A stretch of 63,994 bases of DNA, filler included, from Collodictyon triciliatum (lineage: Eukaryota): assembly GCA_043381765.1 (NCBI GenBank). It is 8 parts of 8 records of this genome, joined end to end, with 100 filler letters (N's around TTAATTAATTAA, not from the genome) between each part and the next. Parts side by side here need not be neighbours in the genome. Positions count along the whole stretch, not along the records: positions 19,346 to 27,867 come from JBHJMP010003393.1; positions 27,968 to 36,485 come from JBHJMP010003394.1; positions 36,586 to 45,100 come from JBHJMP010003395.1; positions 45,201 to 53,713 come from JBHJMP010003396.1; 4 more parts are not named here. The stretch is one strand, 5' to 3'. The notes under the pieces were generated by a model. The model searched no databases. It worked only from the letters and a program-made list of their open reading frames with translations, and was not told the DNA's origin. This document shows positions 24,755 through 45,431 of the stretch, piece after piece. Position numbers and translations under genes: made by a program. How positions within the stretch are numbered: the first letter of the stretch is position 1; every line of letters begins with the position of its first letter.

Positions 24755-27738
24755 ATGGAACCGAAGGCCCGGCCGCCCTCGCCAAGAAGCCCGTATGTGC
24801 CTTTGGCAGCAAAGCCGGAGCTGCAGCAACCGAGTGTCTCGACGTCCCAACTGAGGCCGAATCCCAGCCACATACGCACAGACGGGCCGCCGCGGCTGCG
24901 AAGCCGGGAAAGTCAACTGCGCTCTGTGGGAAACTATGTGCTTGATCGGCTTGTGGGTGAAGGATCGTATGCTACTGTGAAGCTGGCTGATCATCGCTTA
25001 ACCGGAGAGAAGGTTTTCGTCGTTCTGACTTGTGTATTTTTTTTCTACTTATTTCCAGTTTTCTATCTCTTTTCTAATCTTTTATTTTGTTTCCTTGTTT
25101 GTAACTTTTCGTTTTATTTTAATTTATTTTTGGTTTTTATCTTGCTCTATTTTCTTTTGTTTATGATTTAAGGTCAATGGTTTTTTTCCCTTTATTCGAT
25201 TCAAAGGTCTATGGTTTTTTGTTTAAAAAAAATTCCATATTAATGGTAGTAGTAATAGTAACCTGCTTTGTCACTCAAGGTTGCAGTCAAGATTTTTGAT
25301 AAACATGGTTTGGACCCAAAAGAAAATGAGCTTGGGAAGATAATAACAGAGATACACATCCTCCGAGCTGCAGACCATCCTCATATTGTCAAAATATTTG
25401 AGGTTATAGAAACACCTGACGACTACTACCTCGCTCTAGAATATGCATCTGGTGGAGAATTATTTGAATACATCATCGAGCACGAAAAGGTAAACTTTTT
25501 TTCCTTTGTTGTATCAGTATTTGAATTCACAGATAAAATCGCGTTTCGTTGTTTCATATAGCTTTTCCTCGTATGCTGTGAAGTTGATTTTGACTACGCC
25601 TACTTATCAAGTGCATGTCTTTTTCTTTTTTTCTTTTTTCTTTTTTCTTTTTTCTTTTTTCTTTTTTCTTTTTTCTTTTTTCTTTTTTCTTTTTTCTTTT
25701 TTCTTTTTTCTTTTTTCTTTTTCTTTTTTCTTTTTCTTTTTCTTTTTTGGTTAATCAGATATCTGAAAGAGATGGAAGAAGGATATTCCAACAAATAGTG
25801 GATGCGGTTGATTATCTACATTCTAAGCGCATTGCACACAGAGACCTGAAGCCAGAGAACATTTTATTAGACCAAGATATGAATATCAAAGTAATTGATT
25901 TTGGAATGGCTGTACACGTGAAGCCGGGCCAGACTTTCAGCGAGAGATGCGGCTCATTAGCATATGCTGCCCCAGAAGCCCTAGAGAATCGCTCATACAA
26001 TGGCTTCGATGTTGATGTCTGGAGCTTGGGTGTAATATTATACACCCTTCTTACAGGGAGATTCCCTTTTGAAGATATGGATCCAAAAGCGATGCAAGCC
26101 AAAATACTACGAGGAAAGTTCAGTGTTCCGTTCACGCTATCTAAAGGTAAGTTTATGTGTAAGCCTTTATTTTAAAATTAAAAAGAAAGAGCAAGTAAGC
26201 GAATCAACCCGAATTGGACAGCAGTTTTTGTGTTTAAGTTCAAGTGTATTCACGCATAAAATTTTTTTTCCGTTCTATTTACCACAGAGGCCAGGGACTT
26301 GATTAGAATGATGCTTGTTGTTGATCAAAAAGAGCGATGCACTTTGAAAGACATTAAAAATCATCCATGGCTCGAGTGGAAATCACTGAGGCAAAATCCA
26401 TTCACTCCATTGGTCCCTTACAGCGATGCTATTCTATCTCAAATGGAAAAAATGGGATACACAAGGGACGCTGTCGTTGCATCTCTGGACGATCGCTCCT
26501 GCAATGACAGCTTTGCAACATACATGATTCTGCTGATTCGCAGCCGAAAGCAAGCGAGTAAACTTCCCACAGACCACATTGCACAACCGCCTCCACAGAC
26601 TCCTTTGCAAACAGAGAGACAGAGACCCACAAACCCGCCCCAACCACCCCAACCCACAAACTCGTCCTCTAATGCGCTGCACGCCCCTCACAAACCCATT
26701 CCAAAATCAGGCTCAAATCCCATCGCGATTCTCTCTCCTTCTGCACCGCCATCTACAACAGCGCCTTCCTCGAAACCGGGCCACCAACAATCAACTTCTC
26801 TGCCGACATCTCTCGGTGACATTGCAGGCTTCTCGCACAACATACCTCCCAACGCAACCAGCGTGCCAACCTCGCGTCCTGAAACGGAGCCCGCGTCATC
26901 GAGAAACTCAATGCCCAGCTCACGAGGACCACGGCCTTCCTCCAATCCACGCAACCACTCTGCATCAACAGCCAAGGACTCCGACCCACCGACACAGATG
27001 CATTCGCCTCCTTCTTCCTCTTCATACACGCCACGACCCACATTTGCATCGCCCGCTCCATTCTACCACGCAACGACATCCACTGCGTTGCCAGAGTCCA
27101 TCGATATGTCCACCCCTCGCTTTGAAAGACGCCTGGCCAAAAAGTCGCAGCCACAAGCGCACATATCTTCGTCTCCGTCAAGCAGCCTGCTGGGCGCGCA
27201 GATGACAACATCCAGCTCAAGCACAGCCGAGGAGGAGTTTCTAAAGTCTGTCCTTGCAGAGGCCAATGTGACTGGAACTCAAAGCATTCCACCCACGCAC
27301 AACCGAGCTGCGTCTCCAACAAAGTCTGCGTCTTTGCACGCGTCCCCATTCAACGCTGCGGCGCAAAGTAGCGCTGCTCTGCTATCTCCAAAGCCTTTAC
27401 ATCAGACACACGCTGTAGTTTCTGCAAGGCAGTCTTCTCCGCCCCTGCGGCCGGCAATCGAGGACGATGCCGATAGCCCTGTCATCGTGTCTACGGGGAA
27501 GACACCCGAGGGTATTCTTGCTGCGCTCTTTCGCGTTTTTGAAAAGTATGCGGTTTCTCACCAGAACGAAAGTCCGACGAGGTTTCAATGCATCCGGAAT
27601 GAAACCCGCTTTCGCGTTGAAATCCATGCTCATCCTGGCTCAAAAGGGCTCTATCGCATCGTGATGCAACTCACACGGGGCCATTCGTGGGCCTTCAAGG
27701 AGGTTGCCACAGAGATATGTTTTGCAGTGCGCTCTTGA
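24755..27738 (+). CDS. MARK/AMPK-related (CAMKL) Ser/Thr kinase with UBA and KA1 domains; exons ~24755-25012, 25280-25489, 25759-26146, 26288-27738
   Basis: GEGSYATVKLA, VAVK, HPHIVKIFEV, HRDLKPEN, DFG, CGSLAYAAPE, DVWSLGV; UBA-like MEKMGYTRDAVVASL...FATYMILL; C-terminal KA1 RFRVEI...LTRGHSWAFKEVATEI. Confidence 0.92.
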
Positions 27739-27772
27739 TTCGGATGTCCCTTTTATCGTCTTCTCTTTTTTT

Positions 27773-27864
<92 letters not shown>

Positions 27865-27967
27865 TTTNNNNNNNNNNNNNNNNNNNNNNNNNNNNNNNNN
27901 NNNNNNNNNNNTTAATTAATTAANNNNNNNNNNNNNNNNNNNNNNNNNNNNNNNNNNNNNNNNNNNN

Positions 27968-28066
<99 letters not shown>

Positions 28067-28139
28067 GTAGATAACTCAATTCAATAAATTTTCAAAAGGC
28101 ATGTAATACATCACGCATCGAGAAATATGTATACATATA

Positions 28140-36335
<8,196 letters not shown>

Positions 36336-36585
36336 TTAAAGATCGGTCGAGCCTCATATTTGAAATATGCATCCCCAGTTAGAAGGTCTTTTTTCTCTTT
36401 TTTCTCTTTTTTCTCTTTTTTCTCTTTTTTCTCTTTTTTCTCTTTTTTCTCTTTTTTCTCTTTTTTCTCTTTTTTTCTCTTTTTTNNNNNNNNNNNNNNN
36501 NNNNNNNNNNNNNNNNNNNNNNNNNNNNNTTAATTAATTAANNNNNNNNNNNNNNNNNNNNNNNNNNNNNNNNNNNNNNNNNNNN

Positions 36586-37005
36586 TAACATAGGAGGCCT
36601 CAAGGCAGTCTTCGTTACTTATCCGAAAGGATACTCCAAATCGAAGGCAACACAAGAACCAGCGCCCACCAAAGATAGTCCGTTTATCCTTCCCCAGCCC
36701 GTCGCACCGGGAACCAAGGAGCAAGAGCAAACACCACAAGTCGAATCTAAGCTTGGAACTTCACACACCAAAGACAATCCGAGCAAGCAGGAGCGTATGT
36801 TTCTAAAACCAAAACGCGTATCCATACTCCGGTTAAGCAAAGTCCACAGCCGGCTACGCATGTTTCCGAAACCAGGGGATGGTCAAGTGCCACTTCCGAT
36901 AATTCCAGACAAACAACGATGTATCGCTTTTTGACTGAGTCGCCCAGTAAGAAACGCAAGGAAAATGACCCGATGTCCCCTCAAAAGACTCATCCTATGG
37001 AATGA
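36586..37005 (+). other. Coding-like fragment at a contig start, ending in a PIP-box-like motif plus basic cluster
   Basis: Two overlapping open frames (NIGGLKAVFVTYPKGY...; ...RQTTMYRFLTESPSKKRKENDPMSPQKTHPME*). How they join (intron or frameshift) is unresolved. Confidence 0.3.
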
Positions 37006-37738
37006 AATAGGATGTAAACCTTGTCTGAGATAGACAGTTGAAAGGACTCGTCGGAATCGATTTGAGAAGTAACTGCCATGTGCGTACTTTCATCGACCCG
37101 ACAACTATATCTGCTCTTCTGTCAGTCTCTAACACAAACAAAAATCGCATTGGAGCTCATTCACCTCGGGTAGAATAGTCTGCGTGTGAGAACACTTTCT
37201 CTCCTTTCTATTTTCTTTTTCCTTTTTTTTTCTTTCCACCCAAAACACAATACCTCCAACCACACAATCCGGGGTTTTCCATTGTCTCGTCCACAGCTCA
37301 TTTCTTGTCCTAGAGGCGAAGGCGGTTTCCTCGGCTATGTTTTCTCTCGATAAACTGTTGAAATGAAACCAACAAATGATATGCGGCACATTCTTTACTT
37401 TTCCTTCCATTCCAATTCCTTCGGTTTATTCTTTTTTTGTGTTTGTTTGTTTGTTTGTGTTGTTTTGTTTTGTTTGTGCTCTCGATTCACATCTTTGGCG
37501 TAGAAACCAGAAATGATGAGGAGCTTCCGAAGGGATGATGCATCATACGGAGAATGGAGCGCGGAAGGGGATTGAAGGACTTGCAGGAAAGCGTGTTAAT
37601 CCCTCCGATGAAATAGTCGCGGCATCTATGGTAAATTCCCTGGCTTAGGACTAATCCTTCATTTTCATCATTTTCTTCATTTTCCATCATTTTCCATCTC
37701 TTTCATCATTATTTTCCCTTTCACTTGCCTACTCACTA

Positions 37739-40636
37739 TTAGACGGCGACAAAGTAGACAGCACCGCGGTTTTCGCCACCCACGCTATCATACGGAGCGC
37801 CCACAGTGATACCGTCGTCGTTTGTAGCCACGCTGATTCCGAACGAGTCTGCCCCATTTTGCACTCCGAAGCTGTACTTTTTCTGCTCCCAACTGCCTCC
37901 AACATTCTGGAACACATAAACAGACGTCGGCGCTGCAAAACAAGGTAAGGCAACATTGTAAGACTCCACGTGACATTAAATAAAAAAAAAAATTCATGCA
38001 AAGGACCGAAAGACAAGGCGCCTATGCGAACAAACGTCGAAGAATGGGGAAAGGAAAATGTTGAAATCAGAAGGGAAAAAAGAAGAGGCAGTAAAATAGT
38101 AAAATGCCATGCTCAAAATTAGATGTATCGGGTGGTATAATTCACTCACCATTTCCGGTGCAGTAGGCGCAGCCATAGTATGGCGATGACCCGACAACGA
38201 GATATTGTTTCTTTGAATTGTATGCTACGGACGCTCCAAAGTATCCAGTCGGGTCTCCGTCATATGGTGAGATGCGACTGGCTTCGTAGAATTGGTTCTC
38301 TGCGTCCAGCAAGTAATGGGAGACAGTCCCAGAGGTCGGTGGGTAAGACAAGTCATACGACGTGGCGAATAGACTGGTTCCTTCGAATACCAATCCGTAG
38401 CCCAGCAGCGAATAGCCGCTCAACTCTGCGGTGATGGTCTGGGTGAGCACGGCTGAGGTAATACCCTTGTGTGAGTAGACATAGAGCCGTCCATACGAAG
38501 AGCCGGTGGACACAACGATAATTCGGTTACTCGTGGCTACAGTTGACCCGAAGCCGATGCCGTCCTCGCTGGTAGGGCATGCGATTTCAAGGCTGCGGGG
38601 TCCATTTGTCTTGTCCATCGACCTTGGATAGTGGAAAACATACACGCGTCCTTTGTACTGGGATTCACCCACATTAGCGAACGGAGAGGATATGACGGTG
38701 AAGTTGCCGTCCATGGCAAGGCTCTGTCCAAAGTACTGGTACGCTTGGCCCAAGGGAGACGACACCGAAAACTTACGCACGTATCTCCCATGGCTTGGTG
38801 AGTAGCGGAATCCGTAAACGGTAGACTCTTCAATCCCAGAAGTGGAGCCGTAGAGAGCCTGCGATGTCACCAGAACCCATCCATTCTTGACAAGGACGGT
38901 TGTTCCAAAGCGAGAGTAGGCAACACGCCCCAGGTACTGGAAGTATTGCACGAGGCGCCATTCATCAGAGGAGGAGTCCACCAAGTAGACTTTCCCACAG
39001 GGCTTGTCGTATTGGCTCTTTTCAGAACAGGCTGGCTGTGCAATAGCTACGATGGTGCCCTCAGCTGAGACAGAGGACCCTAGATTGTTTGACTTTCCAT
39101 ATATGTTATGGTAGAAGCGACCGTTGCTGGGGAGAGCTGTGTATTGATGTCAAGTTAGTCGTGCACGATTAGTGGCTAATATTAACTGAATTCAACATGT
39201 CTATGTGAAAGTGGTCAACATTATTAAAAAAAAAAAGTACATATATATTAGGCTGGGAGCATGGCTTGCATGCATCACAAATAGGGTGGCATTTAGTCGC
39301 TATAACTTCTTTTCTTTTTCTTTTTTTTGGCCATTATGAGAGGCATTCAATTACCTTGGTTTGCAGCAAAAGTGAACACAGCTCCTGCAGGATAGCCCTG
39401 GTCGTAAGGTGCTCCATCCGAAATGAAGACTTCGTTCCCACGAATATAGACATTGTTTCCAAACGTACCATCTGGTCTGGCCTCGCTTGGTGCCGCTATC
39501 TTGTAAGGTGCAGACCACTCACTATCAGACAGTTTGAATATGACTGCAGTTTGGGTGCTTGAATCACCAGCAACAAGATAGGATCCCGAGAACGCAAGAT
39601 TGGAACCAAGTGAGAGTGTCGATGGGGCGGTCAGAATATTGCTTTGACTCCAGCCATACGAGTAGGTGTATGAGAATATGAAAATGGACGACAGACCAGG
39701 GCAGCCCAAGGCGATAGTGTTGTCAGATGCGATGGCGGCAGAATAACCCAAATAGGTATAGTCCACAGGGTTATTGGCACCCAACCTGAATAGGCTATAC
39801 TGGTTGATATCATTGCCGCTCCTTGGCCATACATAAGCCGCGCCTTGTCCATTCGCTTCGCCGTGGGAACCAGCTAAAACCCAAGCAGATCCGATGTCTA
39901 GGGAATTGCGATAGTATAGATACGAATATGTTCCGTAAAGTGTAGTATAATAGGAGTAATATCCGTTGGTCCAATACCCATCAGTCCAGTAACCATCCAC
40001 CCAATAACCCTCCACCCAACCCCAGTACGACCAATAGCCATTCACCCAGTATCCATCAGTCCAGAATCCATCAACCCAGTATCCTTCATTCCAGGTATAT
40101 GCCACGAGAGAACCCGATGGGTTGAAGGTTCCAGCCAACAGAAGATCTCCATCTATGGCAAGGTTTCCTCCGAGATATGTGTTCCAACTACTCCCAGAGA
40201 AGCTATTCGCGTAGACCCAGGTGTTATTTTGCAAAACAAAAACGTAGACTGTACCATACTGGCTATTGTCCAACGGAGCCCCAACCATCAGGCGGTCATC
40301 AGCAACAGCCACGGCCGACCCAAAGTAAACGTACGAATTGCGGTTGGGTGAGGTCAGTTTGGAATGATAAGACCATTGGGTATTGTTGCGTGAGAAGACA
40401 GAGACTGATCCAGCGTCGGTTATCCATCCATCGATATCATCATATGATGAGCCGATAGCCAGAAATGCCCCATTAGGAGACATGGAAATACTGCCGCCGA
40501 ATTCTGAGTTGTAGCCAACACCCGAGTCAGGAACAATCTTGTTAAGGTACTGAACAGATTGCCCCAAGGTGGAGAGAGGACTGGTGATAAAGATCACGAT
40601 CACGATGGCAGCAAAGGCTGCAAGTTTAACTCGCAT
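37739..40636 (-). CDS. Secreted FG-GAP repeat (integrin-alpha-like beta-propeller) protein, about two propellers, 3 exons
   Basis: Signal peptide MRVKLAAFAAIVIVIFITSPLSTLG; repeats FGGSISMS...LAIGS...GSVSVF, YFGSAVAV...MVGAPLD...GTVYVF, YFGQSLAMDG...GRVYVF, SFGISVA...TVGAPYD...GAVYF; no TM segment seen. Confidence 0.88.
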
Positions 40637-42035
40637 GGCTTTACCTACTAGACTTTCCTGCGGGTTAAAAGGGTTACTTTTTTAGATTCTGTGTGGTGTT
40701 GATTTCGTACCTTATAAGAATAGAGCAAGTGGCAAGATCATTTGACAGTAGTCGCGCTGGTGATGCTTTGTTGTTTTTCTTCCTTTTCATCTCTATTTCT
40801 TCTTTTTTTTCTTCTTTTCTTTTTCTTCTTTTTCTTCTTTTTCTTCTTTTTCTTCTTTTTCTTCTTTTTCTTCTTTTTCTTCTTTTTCTTCTTTTCCTTC
40901 TTTTCCTTCTTTTCCTTCTTTCCTCTTTTTCTTCTTTTTCTTCTTTCCTCTTTTTCTTCTTTTTCTTCTTTTCTTTTTTTTCTTTTTCTTCTTTTCTTCT
41001 TTTTCTTCTTTTTCTTCTTTTCCTTCTTTTCCTTCTTTCCTCTTTTCTTTTTTTCTTTGCTGCCGTGGAATGCTGATTCATCTTGTGTTTGTCTCCTCTG
41101 TGCGCCTGATGGAGCCCGCCGTGGAAAAGAGGTGTCCAGTCAATAACGGGAAGTGGCGGTCGCTATTTGTAGCACAAGAGAAAGCCCGTTGGTTGCTTAA
41201 TGCGTCCGTTGGATGCCAAATGCGTATTTGAATAATTCCACACTTATTGTGGAAAGTAAAATAATGAAGTCCATTGACATTGTATAAAGGTATTTGTCCT
41301 AATCACTTATAGGATTATGATAGATATATGCGGGATAAACATTGTATAGGTATTGTAAGAGTTGGACACCTAATTCATTGTAAGCAGACAAATATCCCGA
41401 ATGTGGAGCAACTATGTCGGGTAAGTGCCTGGTAGATTAGGGCGCGTCTCCACCGATGAATCATGGCTGACGAAAGAAAGAGCTTTGACGAATCCAAGAA
41501 ACAACCTGAGTAATATAATGGTACGATTGGTATATATAGTAAGGTTAAAAATACTTAAAAATTTCATTCTATTCCTATAATCAATTTACATTTTATTTTC
41601 CATTATGTAACATTATCATTAATATTAAAATTCAAAGATTACGAACAAGCCCTTACCTTTGCCAGACAGAAACCACGCTATAAACCTTCCGCCAAGCATC
41701 CATTTCAAAAAAGCGTACTATCCACACTTGCGGCGGTAATCATGTTGTTTGGGGCCGATGTGTTGACTTTCAGTCGCAATGGCTATACGGCCGTCCTTTC
41801 GAACTCGCCGAATCGGCTCTCAGCGTTTTGTCTCAAATCACTTGCATAAATAACTTTGTGTGCTTATTTGCCACAAGCACACATTTTGAAAGTCCTGGTA
41901 GATGCTTGATTTTACACGAATGGATTTTAAGCAGTTGTATTTATTAAATTATTAAATTGACTTATAGACTTAAGTTTTATTAAAATTGAAAACTCGGTAG
42001 TTTTCTAAAGGAAAAAGTAAAACAAAGCCTTTCAG

Positions 42036-43935
42036 ATGAAGAAAAGAAAACGTCTTGAGTCTGAGAATTTAAAGTCTGTAAAACTACACTATCGAAATGT
42101 GAAAACGTCTTTAAAGTCGATTGTAAAGAATGCGAATGACTAAGACAAAATCAACGGTGCGGTTTTATTGTGTCATTATTTGGTTACCTACACTTATCTG
42201 TTTGCAAGATGTTACAAATTGAAATCACAACAGCTCTCAATAATCGATGAAATGTATTTTTGTACGCTTTAAAGACAGTAAGAATAGTTTCACAAGATAG
42301 ACCCGCACGATTAAAAAAAAAAACCAGATATGAGTAAAGACTGATGATTTTTTCTCTGATTTTCGATTCCTTTTGTCCCGAGAAGAACACTTTCCGTTGG
42401 TTGGACAGTCTCATCTATTACCGTACTTGGCGAAGCGAATGTTGACAGCTTATCGTAACAACATTAAGGAACATTTTGTAAAGAGGTTACTGCGCTTTAT
42501 AAATCAAACAGTTCCTAAAGATGAGAATATTACTAAAGCTATTAAAGAGGCAGAGTTACAAAAGTTAAAAAAAAAAAAAAAGAGCCATCTTCAAGAAACT
42601 CGAAATACCGGAACAATATAAAGGATGGAATATAACGCGTCAGCATCATATCATTCCCAGCGATATTGTAAAAGGTATCGAATATGACACTAAAATTTAT
42701 CAAAATAAGTACATATCATGCCTGATTTACATGAATCGCATTTTTTGGGGCATTGGAACCAAACTGTTTTAACCAATCCCTATAAGAACTAACAATATAC
42801 CATGTCATATTAATCTAGATACCGCATGTTTGATACATATTATTATTATTATCATCTGAAAAACATCATTACTGAAGAGCACATCAGGGTGTAAAGAGAC
42901 CCTATGGGATAACTTCTATGCAATAAAGAGAGGGTCTTTCATCAAAGAGAGACTACAATTTTAAATACATGATACAAACAGACGGCTTGGCGGTGTCATT
43001 ATTGTTTGAAAAGATAGGTATTTCAAATCCAAAATCCAAATACAATCAAAACAAACTCAAGAATGTGTTTATATAAATGAGCTTTCCGAAGAGCAGCTAT
43101 CATTTTAAGCGAAAAAATATAGTTTGGAGTGGACGCAGGCAAGTTTAATTTGGTTATATAGTGGATAAGATAGTTAAGAAATTACGTTACACGGCACACA
43201 AAACAAGACATGATAACAAACCTCTTAAAAATCACAAAATACTCTCGCGTGATAAAAAAGAGTACAATTCTTCAGGGATATACGTGGCAACAGGTTTACA
43301 AAGTGCTATTTATTTTTGTTGCATGAATTTTGAAGAGAATCAGCAGCTTGAGACATCAAGAGTATCTTAAATCGATTCAGATACAAAATTGAGTAAACAT
43401 AATTCATGGACGCTCGACTATGAAAAATTTCGAAAATATGTACCTATGAAATCAAGATACCAGGTAGAATTATCCAGATTTTATAAACAAGTAACTTTTC
43501 GAAAGATGAGATGGAGACAGTATGTTAATACAAAAAGAAGGGAACAATTGATTATGAACCGAATTGAAAAGACATTTGGCAAGGATGTTGTACTGGCGTA
43601 AGGAGACTGGAGCAGAAAATCTCCGATGAAACGTTTTATGCCAACAATCGGAAGAGGATTACGAAAAATAGTATCTAAACGTTTTGAAGCAGTCAGTGTA
43701 GATGAATTTAGAACCTCCAAGATGTGTTTCAACTGCGTAAAAGAACAGGATTATATGACACTGAAAGGAAATTCAAAGAAAGGTGTATAGATGTCTCATA
43801 TGTAAAGGATGCAATCGCTCAGAAAGCAAACAAAGTGTATTCTTGACAAGGGACTTTAACAGTGCTAATGATATACTCAACGAAGTTCTTTCAATTATTG
43901 AAAACAAATATACACACCTTTCTTTAAAAAACAGG
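42036..43935 (+). pseudogene. Fanzor1: Decayed Fanzor1 (eukaryotic TnpB/IS200-IS605-derived RNA-guided RuvC nuclease)
   Basis: Across frameshifts: VKTSLKSIV; YLAKRMLTAYRNNIKEHFVKRLLRFIN; IPIRTNNIPCHINLDT; MIQTDGLAVSLLF; RuvC-I GVDAGK (D at 43132); FRKMRWRQY; LA*GDWS; PTIGRGLRK; RuvC-II VDEFRTSKMC (E at 43704); zinc finger CFNC...CKGC; RuvC-III RDFNSANDI (D at 43852). Several in-frame stops and indels. Confidence 0.88.
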
Positions 43936-44623
43936 TTGTTGAGTCTTTTCTTGCAGTCTTCATCACTACACGATCTTTTGAAAAAAGTGATGAGACCTTG
44001 GATACTAGCGACCAGGTTTGTCAATCGAATGATTGGTGAGCTCCTTTTAGTATTCATTATTAAACGCAGCAAACGCTCACACACAAAGCGACACGTAACC
44101 TCCAATCAGGGCACTCAGTTTGCTTCTGACGGCTCTTTCGAGCAATCAAGTAAGTGCAGCCATGAAGATGGCCAAAATAAGAGAAGATAAAAGCCACCGG
44201 ACTTCCGTACTTTATTGCTGCTCTTATTGTCACAGCGTCCGTTCAGCAGGCACATAAAAAGAAAGAAGCATAATATCTTCCAGTCACATCGCACTTTGTG
44301 AAGCGGAAAGGAACCTCTGCACCTGACACGATATAAGAGATTCATTGGGCAGCTCGCTCCAAAAGAAAAGGCACGGTTGCCTCTGCATTGCTTGTCCACT
44401 TTGCACCGAAACTCAACTCTTGCGCATATAGTCCTGCACTTTGTCCACCTCTACTGCGCTTCCCGGCCAAAACATCAGGGGGCACTTGCTGCTTTCCCGC
44501 TTGGACTCGCAGCTGCTTCGTGATTATTTGGCACACAGACCACAGGCCAAAGTATCAACAAAAACAACTACAGCAATAACCCGGCAAGCTTGAAGGCGAA
44601 CCGCTTGTTCTACAGAAGGCTTC

Positions 44624-44925
44624 ATGTCTGCCGATGCCTACACGCAAAATGCAAACTCCATGCACAGTGGAGGCGCAGACTTGTCAAGACAACAGCAGAA
44701 ACAGACGCTTTTGAAAGTGCTTTCGACCTGCTTGCAGCTGAGCATTCCCATCCTTGCTGGCTTATTCTGCGCCTTGGGCACAGTTTTTCTTTACAAAGTC
44801 ATCTTGAGATCAGACGAGTTTCCTGCGGAGGATGGGTATGAAAGTCTAGGCTCTGGCGATCAGATTAAGAAGTTGCTGGAAGAGCTGGCGCAGAACGCAA
44901 GTATCCCGCAATATCCCCCGAAAAG
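44624..44925 (+). CDS. First exon of an unknown protein with one N-proximal hydrophobic helix; truncated by the contig end
   Basis: MSADAYTQ...IPILAGLFCALGTVFLYKVIL...; ends at an AG|GTGAG donor followed by an (ATGTCT)n tract. Confidence 0.45.
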
Positions 44926-45200
44926 GTGAGGACCACTAGTTGGTAGCCTATATATTAACATTTACATTCACATTCACACGGGCCATGATTATGTCTATGT
45001 CTATGTCTATGTCTATGTCTATGTCTATGTCTATGTCTATGTCTATGTCTATGTCTATGTCTATGTCTATGTCTATGTCTATGTCTATGTCTATGTCTAT
45101 NNNNNNNNNNNNNNNNNNNNNNNNNNNNNNNNNNNNNNNNNNNNTTAATTAATTAANNNNNNNNNNNNNNNNNNNNNNNNNNNNNNNNNNNNNNNNNNNN

Positions 45201-45431
45201 CTGCTCCAACAGGCGCAGGCGTGTGGCGTGCGTCAGTGTCTCAGTGTACTCGCCCACCAGGCGCACCACGCAGCCGGCCGGGTAGAGTCCCTTCTCCTGC
45301 AGCCCCGCTGCTCGCTCCAACGGTCGCGTCCGGTAGTGCTCGTAGACCACATTCTCGTCGTCAAGTTGAGGCACCTCGCTCTTGTGCGTTTCGCTTGCGC
45401 TCACCGCACCTGAGCTCGGCTTGGTTGCCAT
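45201..45431 (-). CDS. 5' part of an unknown protein, truncated by the contig end
   Basis: GC-rich open frame MATKPSSGAVSASETHKSEVPQLDDENVVYEHYRTRPLER... running off the contig. Confidence 0.4.

Noticed and set aside
41340-41930. Possible transposase or TIR partner upstream of the Fanzor
   Set aside because: No DDE, HUH or serine-recombinase motifs in any frame I read, and no terminal inverted repeat or TSD matching the downstream flank.
43936-44190. C-terminal extension of ORF 43783-44190 as part of Fanzor
   Set aside because: Similarity ends shortly after RDFNSANDIL; the rest is probably read-through into the omegaRNA/flank region.
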